Positions 26,800 to 35,653 of a DNA stretch of 56,952 bases are shown here, piece by piece. The position numbers and the translations under genes were made by a program. Within the stretch, counting starts at the first letter, position 1. Each line of letters starts with the position of its first letter. The DNA comes from an uncultured Acetobacteraceae bacterium (GTDB lineage Bacteria; Pseudomonadota; Alphaproteobacteria; Acetobacterales; Acetobacteraceae), in contig CAXUNK010000002.1 in assembly GCA_964252425.1 (NCBI GenBank), positions 1-56,952 of the forward strand. Reading direction: 5' to 3'. The notes beneath the pieces were generated by a model that was given only the letters and a program-made list of their open reading frames with translations, made no database searches and was not told the origin of the DNA.

Positions 26800-29187
26800 A
26801 TGGACGGACCGGCAAGCCTGCCCGGCGACCTCGACACCGGGCTTGCCAAGTTGCGCCAGATCGAGCGCAAGCTGCTGTGGCTGTCGGCCTGGACCATCCA
26901 CCAGGCCAACCACCTTCGACCCAACCTGGACGGGCTCAAGGTCGGCGGTCATCAGGCGAGTTGCGCCTCGGTGATCTCGATCATGACGGCGCTCTACTTC
27001 GCCAGGTTGCGTCCCCAGGACCGGGTGGCGGTCAAGCCTCACGCGTCGCCCGTCTTCCATGCCGCCAACTACCTGCTTGGGCGCCAGACCCGCGAGAAGA
27101 TGGAAGGGTTGCGGCAGTTTGGCGGCGCCCAAGCCTATCCCAGCCGGGTCAAGGACGGGGCCGAGGTCGATTTCTCCACCGGTTCGGTGGGCCTGGGCGT
27201 CGCCGCCACCAGCTTTTCGGCGCTAATACAGGACTACGTGCGCCTGCACGGGCTTTTGCCGGAGGGGGTGCCGCCCGGCCGCCACATCGCCATCGCGGGC
27301 GACGCCGAGCTCGATGAAGGCAACATCTATGAGGCGCTGCTCGAAGGCTGGAAGCACGATGTCCGCAACGTCTGGTGGATCGTTGACTATAACCGGCAGA
27401 GCCTGGACAGCGTCGTACAGGACCGCTTGTTTGGCCGTTTCGAAGGTCTTTTCGGCGACATGGGCTGGAACGTGGTCCGGATCAAACATGGCCGGCTGCA
27501 ACTGGCTGCCTTCGCACGCCCCGGCGGCGAGCTGCTCCGGCGCTGGATCGACGACTGCCCGAATTCGCTCTATGCTTCGCTGACCTTTCAGGGCGGGGAG
27601 GCCTGGCGCACGGCTCTGCTGGCCGATCTGGGCCGCTCAGCCGAGTTGCGCGACATCATCGATCCGCTGAGCGATGCCGAGCTCTCCCAACTCATGACCA
27701 ATCTTGGCGGTCATGATCTTCCGACGCTGCTCGACGCGATGGACACGGCCGAGGCCGATGGCGACCGGCCGACCTGTTTCATCGCCTACACCATCAAGGG
27801 CATGGGTCTGCCGTTTGCGGGCCATAAGGACAACCATTCCGGCCTGATGACCCGCGAGCAGATGCAGATCTTTCGCGACGACATGCGTATCCGGCCAGGA
27901 CATGAATGGGAGGTGTGGGAAGGTCTGGATCTCCCGTCAGACGAGATGGCCCGCTTCGTCGAAAGCGTGCCGTTCGCCGCGCCGCTCGCGCCGCACGGCC
28001 GTGTGTCCGCGCCCGCGCCGGTGCCGCTGCCGGACGCCGTTCCGCTCGGCAGGCTGGCCGGCCGAACCCTCTCCACCCAGACCGGTTTCGGCGAGATACT
28101 CGGCGAAATCGGTCGCGCGGAAGGGCCGTGGCGCGAGGCGGCGACACGGATTTTGACGACCTCGCCCGACGTCACGGTATCGACCAGCCTCGGACCATGG
28201 GTGAACCGCCGCGGCCTGTTCGACCGCCATACGCGCAACGACGTGTTCCGGGATACCAAGGTTGCCAGCATGCAGCGATGGGGCATGAGCCCGTCCGGGC
28301 AGCACATCGAGCTGGGGATTGCCGAACAGAACCTGTTTTTGCTCCTGGGTGCCGCCGGACTCAGCCACGCCCTGAACGGCGCGCGCCTTCTGCCGATCGG
28401 CACCGTGTACGACCCGTTCGTCAACCGCGGCCTCGATGCGCTGATCTATGCCTGCTACCAGGATGCACGCTTTCTGCTCGTATCCACCCCGTCCGGCATC
28501 AGCCTGGCACCCGAGGGCGGTCAGCACCAGTCAGTCAACACCCCGCTGCTCGGCATGGCGCTCGACAGGCTGGCGAGTTTCGAGCCGGCCTACGTGGACG
28601 AACTCGCCATCATGCTGCGCTGGGCGCTGGCCCACATGCAGGCGCCGGACGGTTCGGCCGTCTGGCTGCGCCTGTCCACGCGCGCGCTGCTGCACCGGAG
28701 CCGCACGCTGGACGAGACGGCAGTGATCGCCGGCGCACATTGGATCGTGCCGCCCGGGCAGGGATCGCCCCTGGCGCTCGCCTATCAGGGACCGCTGGCG
28801 GCCGAGGCCGAGGCCGCGTTCGAACTGCTGCGCGACGACGTGCCCGGTGCCGGCTTGCTGGCCGTCACCAGCCCGGACCGCCTGCACGCCGCCTGGCTGG
28901 CAGCCGCACGCGCTCGCCGGCAGGGCAGGGACGAGACCAGTCACATCGAACGGCTGCTGGGGCCGATGGGTAATGGCAGTGCGATCGTCACGATCCTGGA
29001 CGGGCACCCCGCCTCGCTCGCCTGGCTCGGCGCGGTCCGTGGCCAGCGTGTCGTGCCGCTTGGCGTGGACCGGTTCGGTCAAAGCGGCAACCTCCCCGAT
29101 CTCTATCGAGAGTACGGTCTGGACGAGGCCGCCATACTGGATGCCTGTGCCGAGGCGTTGCTGGGCGACGCCGCTCGAGTTGGGTGA
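26800..29187 (+). CDS. aceE: Pyruvate dehydrogenase E1, homodimeric AceE/transketolase-like
   Basis: KVGGHQASCAS, VKPHASP, FSTGSVGLG, TPP motif GDAELDEG..YNRQ, HIELGIAE, PEGGQHQS, FGQSG; GAGGA RBS. Confidence 0.85.
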   Translation: MDGPASLPGDLDTGLAKLRQIERKLLWLSAWTIHQANHLRPNLDGLKVGGHQASCASVISIMTALYFARLRPQDRVAVKPHASPVFHAANYLLGRQTREKMEGLRQFGGAQAYPSRVKDGAEVDFSTGSVGLGVAATSFSALIQDYVRLHGLLPEGVPPGRHIAIAGDAELDEGNIYEALLEGWKHDVRNVWWIVDYNRQSLDSVVQDRLFGRFEGLFGDMGWNVVRIKHGRLQLAAFARPGGELLRRWIDDCPNSLYASLTFQGGEAWRTALLADLGRSAELRDIIDPLSDAELSQLMTNLGGHDLPTLLDAMDTAEADGDRPTCFIAYTIKGMGLPFAGHKDNHSGLMTREQMQIFRDDMRIRPGHEWEVWEGLDLPSDEMARFVESVPFAAPLAPHGRVSAPAPVPLPDAVPLGRLAGRTLSTQTGFGEILGEIGRAEGPWREAATRILTTSPDVTVSTSLGPWVNRRGLFDRHTRNDVFRDTKVASMQRWGMSPSGQHIELGIAEQNLFLLLGAAGLSHALNGARLLPIGTVYDPFVNRGLDALIYACYQDARFLLVSTPSGISLAPEGGQHQSVNTPLLGMALDRLASFEPAYVDELAIMLRWALAHMQAPDGSAVWLRLSTRALLHRSRTLDETAVIAGAHWIVPPGQGSPLALAYQGPLAAEAEAAFELLRDDVPGAGLLAVTSPDRLHAAWLAAARARRQGRDETSHIERLLGPMGNGSAIVTILDGHPASLAWLGAVRGQRVVPLGVDRFGQSGNLPDLYREYGLDEAAILDACAEALLGDAARVG

Positions 29188-29221
29188 ATAGCCGAAAGCA
29201 ACAAAGCCAGACGGCGTATAC

Positions 29222-29686
29222 CTAACTTGCCGGCTTGACCTCGGAGCACTCCGCGCAAACCCCTTCGATCTCGACGATGGTGCTGGACGGGGTAAAGCCG
29301 TGCGCATGGGCAGCCGTGTCCAGCGCGCCCTGAACCGGCTCGTCCTCCATCTCCCATACCCGGCCGCACACGCGACAAATCAGGAACTGCACCGAATGGT
29401 CGTGGTGCCCCGCCTCGCACGCAATGAACGCGCCCAGCTTCTCGACCTTGTGGATCAGCTTGTTGTCGATCAGGAAGTCGAGCGCGCGATAGATGGTGGG
29501 CGGAACCGCGCCACGCCGCGTCTGACGAAGCCTGTCCAGCAACTGGTAGGCGGTCAGCGGCCGATCCGACTGCAGTACGAGGCCCAGCACGGTGCGGCGC
29601 AGATCGGTCAACTGCGTGTTGTGCTGCAGGCACAGGCTGGACGCCTGGTCGAGTTGCCGTTCAATGTGTCGTGCCAATCCGGCCAT
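29222..29686 (-). CDS. zur: Fur-family regulator, Zur type
   Basis: LT..RR.VL, AY.LL..L, PPTIYRALDFL, QFLICRVCG and EIEGVCAEC CxxC pairs. Confidence 0.88.
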   Translation of the reverse strand: MAGLARHIERQLDQASSLCLQHNTQLTDLRRTVLGLVLQSDRPLTAYQLLDRLRQTRRGAVPPTIYRALDFLIDNKLIHKVEKLGAFIACEAGHHDHSVQFLICRVCGRVWEMEDEPVQGALDTAAHAHGFTPSSTIVEIEGVCAECSEVKPAS

Positions 29687-29747
29687 CGTGCCTCCTATTA
29701 CAACCTATCGCGAAATCGACGCGCAGTCAGCCCTGGACACGCTTATA

Positions 29748-29762
29748 CGTTATATCATAACA
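29748..29762. promoter_or_regulatory. Zur box
   Basis: CGTTAT-atc-ATAACA matches the TGTTAT-N3-ATAACA Zur palindrome; between divergent zur and the TonB receptor. Confidence 0.8.
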
Positions 29763-29769
29763 TCGCGGG

Positions 29770-31941
29770 ATGACACGCCTGTCTTTCCGGTCTAGCGGAC
29801 CTCTTGCCGGCTTGCTTCTGGCAAGTCTGTCCGGCCTTGCAGCCGCCCAAACCGTGCCTTCCCCGCCCGACACCTCGAAGACCAGCGATGTCGAGCAGAT
29901 CGTGGTGCGGGCGCGCCGTCTCTCCGAAGCGCGCAGCGCGCTGCAGCCCTCGCTGGGGGCGACGAAATATGAGTTCAGCGCAAAAACCCTGGCGGCCATC
30001 CCGCAGGGGTCGAACGCGCCGCTCGCCCAGGTGCTGTTGCAGGCGCCGGGTGTGGCCGAAGACAGCTACGGCCAACTGCACGTGCGTGGCGATCATAACG
30101 AGGTGCAATACAGGCTGGACGGCGTGGAACTGCCGGAAGGTGTGGCCGTGTTCGGGCAAGCGCTGGAGACGCGGTTTGCCCATGCGATCGGCTTCATCAC
30201 CGGCTCGCTGCCCGCGCAATATGGTCAGTTGCAGGCGGCCGTGGTCGATATCACGACAAAGACCGGCATTACCGACCCTGACGGCGCCGTCTCGGTCTAT
30301 GGCGGAGCGCGCGACTATTTCCAGCCGAGTTTTTCATATGGCGCGCGCGCGGGCGACTGGGATCTGTTTGCCACCGGTGATTTCCTGCACACGCGCGTGG
30401 GCATCGAGAACCCGACCAGTTCGTTCAACCCGATACACGACCTCAGCAACCAGTATCACGGGCTGCTGCACCTCTCCTACACGCCGGACGACACGACCCG
30501 GCTCAGCCTTCTGGCCGGCGTTTCCAGCGCGCAATTCCAGATACCGAACAATCCGGGGCAAGTGCCCTCGCTCGGGCTGAACGTCGGCGGAACCACGACT
30601 TTCGACAGCGCCAGTCTGACCGAGCATCAGCGCGAGATCACCGATTTTGCTATCCTGTCGCTCCAGAAGCATCTCGATGGCGTTGATGTTCAGACCTCGC
30701 TGTTCTCCCGCTACAGCAGCCTGTATTTCACGCCCGATCCCGTGGGCGACCTGCTGTTCACCGGCCTGGCGCAAACGGCGGCAAAATCCGTGTGGTCCAG
30801 TGGCACGCAAACGGACGCCACCTGGTTTGCCACGCCCACGCACACGATCCGCGCGGGATATCAGATCACCGGCGAACGGCTGGTCTCGCAGACCACGTCG
30901 AGCGTGTTCCTCGATCCGTCCGGCGTTCAGACCTCACCGTTTCCCACCGTCATCCAGGGTGATTCCGGCAAGACCGGCGGCGTGTACGGCGTGTACCTGC
31001 AGGACGAATGGAAACTTCTGCCTGGCTTGACCCTGAATTACGGCGGCCGCTTTGACCTGGTCGATGAGTTCACTCACGAAAATCAAGTCTCTCCACGCAT
31101 CAACCTTGTCTGGCAACCCGGCGCCGCCACCACGCTGCACGTTGGCTACTCGCATTATTTTACCCCGCCCCCTTTCGAGCTCATCGCCAATAATTTCGTC
31201 AGCCTGTTCAACAACACCACCGGGCAAAGCCCGTGTCCCATCGGCAGTTCGCCACTATGCCGCGACGACATCGTGCGGGCCGAGCACGACAACTACTTCG
31301 ATGCCGGTCTCGATCACGTCTTCCTGCCAGGACTGCATGCGGGTGTGGACGCCTATTACAAGTCAGCGCGCAACCTGATCGACGAGGGCCAGTTCGGCGC
31401 GCCGATCATACTGACGGTGTTCAATTACGCGCATGGGCAGGATAGCGGCATCGAGTTCTCCGGCAGCTACGACCGTGGCCCTTGGTCGCTCTATGGCAAT
31501 CTGTCGATCAGCCGCGCGATCGGCCGCGATATCAACTCGGCGCAGTTCACGTTCTCGCCTGAGGAACTGGACTATATCAGCCGGCACTACATCCACCTCG
31601 ATCACGATGCGCGTTTTTCCGGCTCGGGCGGTGTGGCGTACGCGGCGTTCCGTGGCACGGACAACCCGGCGCGGTTTTCGGTCGATCTGGTGACCGGCAG
31701 CGGGCTGCGGGCTGATGGCGACGTTCCCAACGGCCGCGCTCTGCCCGGCTACTACGTCATCAACCTCGCGGCCACGCAGAGCTTTCAAAAACTGTTTCTG
31801 AAAGGGGTCGAGCTACGGTTCGACGTCACCAACCTCCTCGACCGGCGCTATGAGATACGCGACGGCACCGGGGTGGGCGTGGGCGCCCCGCAGTTCGGCT
31901 TGCGCCGCACCCTCCTGGCCGGCGTCACGCAACATTTTTGA
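29770..31941 (+). CDS. TonB-dependent outer membrane receptor, probably zinc uptake
   Basis: Signal peptide, TonB box EQIVVRA, plug motif HVRGDH..Y.LDG, YLQDEW, NLLDRRY, terminal Phe; His-rich HYIHLDHD. Confidence 0.92.
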   Translation: MTRLSFRSSGPLAGLLLASLSGLAAAQTVPSPPDTSKTSDVEQIVVRARRLSEARSALQPSLGATKYEFSAKTLAAIPQGSNAPLAQVLLQAPGVAEDSYGQLHVRGDHNEVQYRLDGVELPEGVAVFGQALETRFAHAIGFITGSLPAQYGQLQAAVVDITTKTGITDPDGAVSVYGGARDYFQPSFSYGARAGDWDLFATGDFLHTRVGIENPTSSFNPIHDLSNQYHGLLHLSYTPDDTTRLSLLAGVSSAQFQIPNNPGQVPSLGLNVGGTTTFDSASLTEHQREITDFAILSLQKHLDGVDVQTSLFSRYSSLYFTPDPVGDLLFTGLAQTAAKSVWSSGTQTDATWFATPTHTIRAGYQITGERLVSQTTSSVFLDPSGVQTSPFPTVIQGDSGKTGGVYGVYLQDEWKLLPGLTLNYGGRFDLVDEFTHENQVSPRINLVWQPGAATTLHVGYSHYFTPPPFELIANNFVSLFNNTTGQSPCPIGSSPLCRDDIVRAEHDNYFDAGLDHVFLPGLHAGVDAYYKSARNLIDEGQFGAPIILTVFNYAHGQDSGIEFSGSYDRGPWSLYGNLSISRAIGRDINSAQFTFSPEELDYISRHYIHLDHDARFSGSGGVAYAAFRGTDNPARFSVDLVTGSGLRADGDVPNGRALPGYYVINLAATQSFQKLFLKGVELRFDVTNLLDRRYEIRDGTGVGVGAPQFGLRRTLLAGVTQHF

Positions 31942-32025
31942 CGCTGCCGCCAGTCGGGCAGCCGATATCGCTTGCCCTCGCGCGCCCTGCACACACAGAG
32001 TGTGTCAGCCAAGCGGAGACCATTC

Positions 32026-32430
32026 ATGAAACGAGACATGTTCTGGGCCGTGCTGTTGGGTGCAGCCCTACCCGGCCCGTGCCTGGCGGCGAACGCCATG
32101 CATCCCTACGCCAATATCGATCCCAGGGTGGATGCCGGCAACGATACCGGCGACTCTCGGGTCGATCAGCTCAACCAGGCTCAGTTGGAGCAGGGAAGCG
32201 GCGTGCAGCTCCAACCCCAGCGCGAATACGCTGTCTCGCCCGGCTTTCCGCCGGTCCCGGGCTATGCGGTCCCACCGGGCTACGCGCCAGCGCCCTACTA
32301 TGCGCCGGCCCCCTACTACGCACCATCACCCTACTACGCACCGGCACCCTATTACGCACCACCGCCCTATCTCGCACCGCCAGCCGCCTACCCGCCGCCC
32401 GCCTACCTGCCACCAGACTATGGCTACTAA
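32026..32430 (+). CDS. Secreted Pro/Tyr-rich repeat protein
   Basis: GGAG RBS, signal peptide, HPY.NID.R.DAGNDTGDS.VD.LN..QL domain, then PYYAPx repeats. Confidence 0.75.
   Translation: MKRDMFWAVLLGAALPGPCLAANAMHPYANIDPRVDAGNDTGDSRVDQLNQAQLEQGSGVQLQPQREYAVSPGFPPVPGYAVPPGYAPAPYYAPAPYYAPSPYYAPAPYYAPPPYLAPPAAYPPPAYLPPDYGY
32257..32382 (+). repeat. Seven degenerate in-frame 18-bp tandem repeats
   Basis: Units encode PGYAVP, PGYAPA, PYYAPA, PYYAPS, PYYAPA, PYYAPP, PYLAPP. Confidence 0.9.
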
Positions 32431-32462
32431 GAGCGACCCGATGGGTTGATCAACAAGACCGA

Positions 32463-34268
32463 TCACGCCTTGGCATAGTCGGCGATGACAGTGTCGAGCA
32501 CATCGAGCGGCAAACTGCCTGAAAGCAGGCCGGCGTCATGGAACTTTTTGATGTCGAATTTGCGGCCCATGGCGGTTTGCGCCTGGTCGCGCAAACGCAG
32601 CCAGGCCAGCTTGCCGATCATGTAGCTGCAAGCCTGGCCGGGCCAGACGCAGTAGCGCTCCACCTCGGTGATGGCGGCGCTGCGCTTGGTCCCAAGGGCT
32701 GCCACGTAATAATCCACCGCATGTTCCCGGCTCCAATCCTGTGCGTGCAGGCCGGAATCGACCACCAGCCGCACCGCGCGGAACAATGCCGCCTGAAGCT
32801 GGCCGATATGGCCCAGCGGATCGTCGGCATACATGCCCATCTCGACGGCGAGCTGTTCGGCATACAAAGCCCAGCCTTCCGCATAGCCAGAGAAACCGCC
32901 CATCTTGCGTATCAGCGGCAGGCCTGGCGTTTCCTGCGCAAGCGAGATCTGAAGATGGTGGCCGGGTATGGCCTCGTGATACGTCAACGTGGACAATGTC
33001 CAGCGCGGCCATTCCGCGGTGTCGCGCAGGTTGATGTAGTAGGCGCCCGGGCGTGAGCCATCGAGCGCACCGCGCTGATAATAGCCGCCAGGCGCGCCGG
33101 CCTCGATCGCCTTGGGAACGCGCCTGATCTGCACCGTCACCTTGGGCAGCGTATCGAAACGCTCCGGCAGCTTGGCCTGCATCTTGGCAACTCGCGCATT
33201 CAGGTCGGCAATCAGCTGCTCCTTGGCGGCATCCGTATCGTCGTACACGTAGCGCTTGTCGGCGGCCAGGGCAGCCAGGCGTTGCCCGACGCTGCCATCC
33301 TTCATTCCCTGTTTCGCCAACGCCGCATCGATCTGAGCGGACAGGCTGGCCACCAGTTCAAGCCCGGTCTTGTGGATATGGTCAGGCGAGAGCGAAGCCG
33401 TCGTGTAGGTCTTAAGGCCAAGTCGGTAGAACTCGGCACCCTTCGGCAAACGCGCCACACCGGCCTCGTGCACCGCGCCCGGTCGCGCAGCACGCAACGC
33501 ATCGGCCTGACGCTGAAGAGCGGGGACGATCTTCTGAGTGTACAGCGCGGCCGCCTTGCTCGCGTAACCGCCATCCAACTTGGCGGCAGAGGCGCGGCGG
33601 GCCAGCGATGAGACCAGAGTGGCCTTCTCCGCCGGGGTGGAGAGGAACAGGTTCATCTGGACCAGTGCTTTGTCCAGGATGAAATCGGGCGGCACGACGC
33701 CCAACCCTGCGTCGTGGTGGAAGACGTCCAGTTCCTGATCCATAAGCCGGGCAAAAGCGTCAACACGCGCCAGGTAGGCATCCGCATCCCCGGCCTTCTT
33801 GATGGGATGCTGGGTGTCCATGAAATCGGGAACCGATTGATAGGCGCCGGTCAGCTGGCTCAACACGTAGGGCGAACGAGCGCTGCCGGTGCCGTAATCG
33901 AACGAACGCCCCGCCTCGTCGTCCACGTCCAGGCTGAACAACATCGTATCGTAATTGGCCGCCTGCAGGCCGCTCAACCCCGCGCGCCCGACCGCTTTCA
34001 GCTCGGCCAAGTGTCGCGCTGTGTCGCGCTTGTCTTGCGCGATCGCGCTCAGCGAGCCCTGATGCAATTCGCCGCGCAACGGCGCCAGCGCGCCCACATC
34101 CAGCCCCAGGCTGGTCGCCCGTTCCGGCACCCGGTGCAGCATCTCGTCGGCCAGCCGTGAAAACAGGGCGTCCAGCGGCGAGGGCGAAATGGTGTCAGCC
34201 ATCGATGGTCGCGCACGCACCAGCGTTGCGAGAGCGGCAGTGAGAGTCAGGTCTCGGCGGGTCAGCAT
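32463..34268 (-). CDS. DUF885 family Tat-exported putative metallopeptidase
   Basis: TRRDL twin-arginine signal; PE.AT.LG, HEAIPGHHLQ, EGWALYAE, RAVRLVVDSGLH, EVERY...PGQACSY. Confidence 0.92.
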   Translation of the reverse strand: MLTRRDLTLTAALATLVRARPSMADTISPSPLDALFSRLADEMLHRVPERATSLGLDVGALAPLRGELHQGSLSAIAQDKRDTARHLAELKAVGRAGLSGLQAANYDTMLFSLDVDDEAGRSFDYGTGSARSPYVLSQLTGAYQSVPDFMDTQHPIKKAGDADAYLARVDAFARLMDQELDVFHHDAGLGVVPPDFILDKALVQMNLFLSTPAEKATLVSSLARRASAAKLDGGYASKAAALYTQKIVPALQRQADALRAARPGAVHEAGVARLPKGAEFYRLGLKTYTTASLSPDHIHKTGLELVASLSAQIDAALAKQGMKDGSVGQRLAALAADKRYVYDDTDAAKEQLIADLNARVAKMQAKLPERFDTLPKVTVQIRRVPKAIEAGAPGGYYQRGALDGSRPGAYYINLRDTAEWPRWTLSTLTYHEAIPGHHLQISLAQETPGLPLIRKMGGFSGYAEGWALYAEQLAVEMGMYADDPLGHIGQLQAALFRAVRLVVDSGLHAQDWSREHAVDYYVAALGTKRSAAITEVERYCVWPGQACSYMIGKLAWLRLRDQAQTAMGRKFDIKKFHDAGLLSGSLPLDVLDTVIADYAKA

Positions 34269-34379
34269 GGTCGTGCCTCGTGCAGCTGCGTGCTGGCAGC
34301 CTGCCCGGCCTCGCGCGTCTTGCAAAGCCCGATCTTGCTGTCCGTCACGCCCACTCGGGGGGTGAGAACAGTCCAAGAC

Positions 34380-34418
34380 TGCCGTCACGCAGACCTTGTC
34401 GAACGGTCCGTGACAGCA
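34380..34418 (-). terminator. Possible terminator hairpin after ocd
   Basis: Minus-strand TGCTGTCACG-GACC ... GGTC-TG-CGTGACGGCA about 25 nt after the stop; weak U tail. Confidence 0.35.
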
Positions 34419-34442
34419 CGCGCAGGAGTCTCTGCCGCGACC

Positions 34443-35492
34443 TCAGGCCAGCGCCGGTTCGCCGCGCAACAGCATGCCGAACAGGTCACGCGGCTCGTCA
34501 GGATCGGCCAACAGATCGAGTTCGGAAAACATCGGGTAATCGAGCAGCTTGTCACGCACGTAACGCAGCGCCGAGAAATCCTCGATCGCGAACCCCACCG
34601 AGTCGAACAAGGTGATCTGCGAGTGGCTCCGGCGGCCCGTCACCTGGCCGGCCAGCACTTCCCACAGCTCGGTCACCGGGTGTTCCAGCGGCAATTGTTG
34701 TATCTCACCCTCGATGCGTGTCTGCGGCGCGTATTCTACAAAGATGTCGGAACGGCGCAGGATGTCGGCGTGCAGCTCGGTCTTGCCGGGGCAGTCGCCG
34801 CCGATCGCGTTGATGTGGATGCCGGCGCCCACCATGTTGTCGGTCAGGATCGTCGCATATTGCTTGTCTGCCGTTACCGTGGTCACGATCTGCGCGCCCA
34901 AGACCGCATCTTGCGTGCTGTCGCATACCGTGATCTCGAAACCGAAGCCGGCCAGGTTGCGCCTGACCTTGGCACTCGCCGCCGAATCGATGTCATAGAG
35001 TCGCAGCCGATCGACGCCCAGCAGCGCGCGGAACGCCATCGCCTGGAATTCGGCCTGCGCACCGTTGCCGATCAGCGCCATGGTGCGCGCGTCGGGCGGC
35101 GCCAGCACGCGGCCCGCCACTGCACTGGTCGCAGCGGTGCGCAATGCCGTCAGTATCGTCATCTCGCTCAGCAACAGCGGATAGCCTGTGAACACATCGC
35201 ACAGCACGCCGAACGCCGTCACCGTCTGCAGGCCGTCGCGCGTGTTCTTCGGATGACCGTTGACGTATTTGAACCCGTAGAGCGTGCCGTCACTGGTCGG
35301 CATCAGCTCGATCACCCCGTCTATGCTGTGCGAGGCCACGCGCGCCGTCTTGTCGAAGGACGGCCAGCGTCGGAAATCGGCGGCGATCACGTCGGCTAGC
35401 TCGGTCAGGAACCGCTCGATGCCGATCGCGTGCACCAGGCGCATCATGTTGTCCACATCGACGAACGGCACGACGTTCAATCGCCGGTTCAT
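34443..35492 (-). CDS. ocd: Ornithine cyclodeaminase
   Basis: RVASHS.DGVIELMP, FKYVNGHPKN, LTALRTAATS, GNGAQAEFQ, GGDCPGKTEL, FDSVGFAIED. Confidence 0.96.
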   Translation of the reverse strand: MNRRLNVVPFVDVDNMMRLVHAIGIERFLTELADVIAADFRRWPSFDKTARVASHSIDGVIELMPTSDGTLYGFKYVNGHPKNTRDGLQTVTAFGVLCDVFTGYPLLLSEMTILTALRTAATSAVAGRVLAPPDARTMALIGNGAQAEFQAMAFRALLGVDRLRLYDIDSAASAKVRRNLAGFGFEITVCDSTQDAVLGAQIVTTVTADKQYATILTDNMVGAGIHINAIGGDCPGKTELHADILRRSDIFVEYAPQTRIEGEIQQLPLEHPVTELWEVLAGQVTGRRSHSQITLFDSVGFAIEDFSALRYVRDKLLDYPMFSELDLLADPDEPRDLFGMLLRGEPALA

Positions 35493-35602
35493 GGTCTTCG
35501 ACTGCTCCAGGTGAAATGGCCGGCACGCTCCCAGCGGAGCGTTCTTACCACCGATCGGGCGACAGGTCTCGCCTGTCCACCAACGAGCGCCAGACAGGAT
35601 CA

Positions 35603-35625
35603 AACCCTCCTGCTCCGATCGCGTT
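35603..35625 (+). promoter_or_regulatory. EcfG/SigT-type promoter motif
   Basis: AAC-N16-CGTT ending 28 nt before the permease ATG. Confidence 0.5.
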
Positions 35626-35653
35626 CTCCGCGCGCATCTTTGGGGTCTGACGC

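Noticed and set aside
32257-32382. Possible CRISPR array
   Set aside because: In-frame 18-bp coding repeats with no spacers and no cas genes
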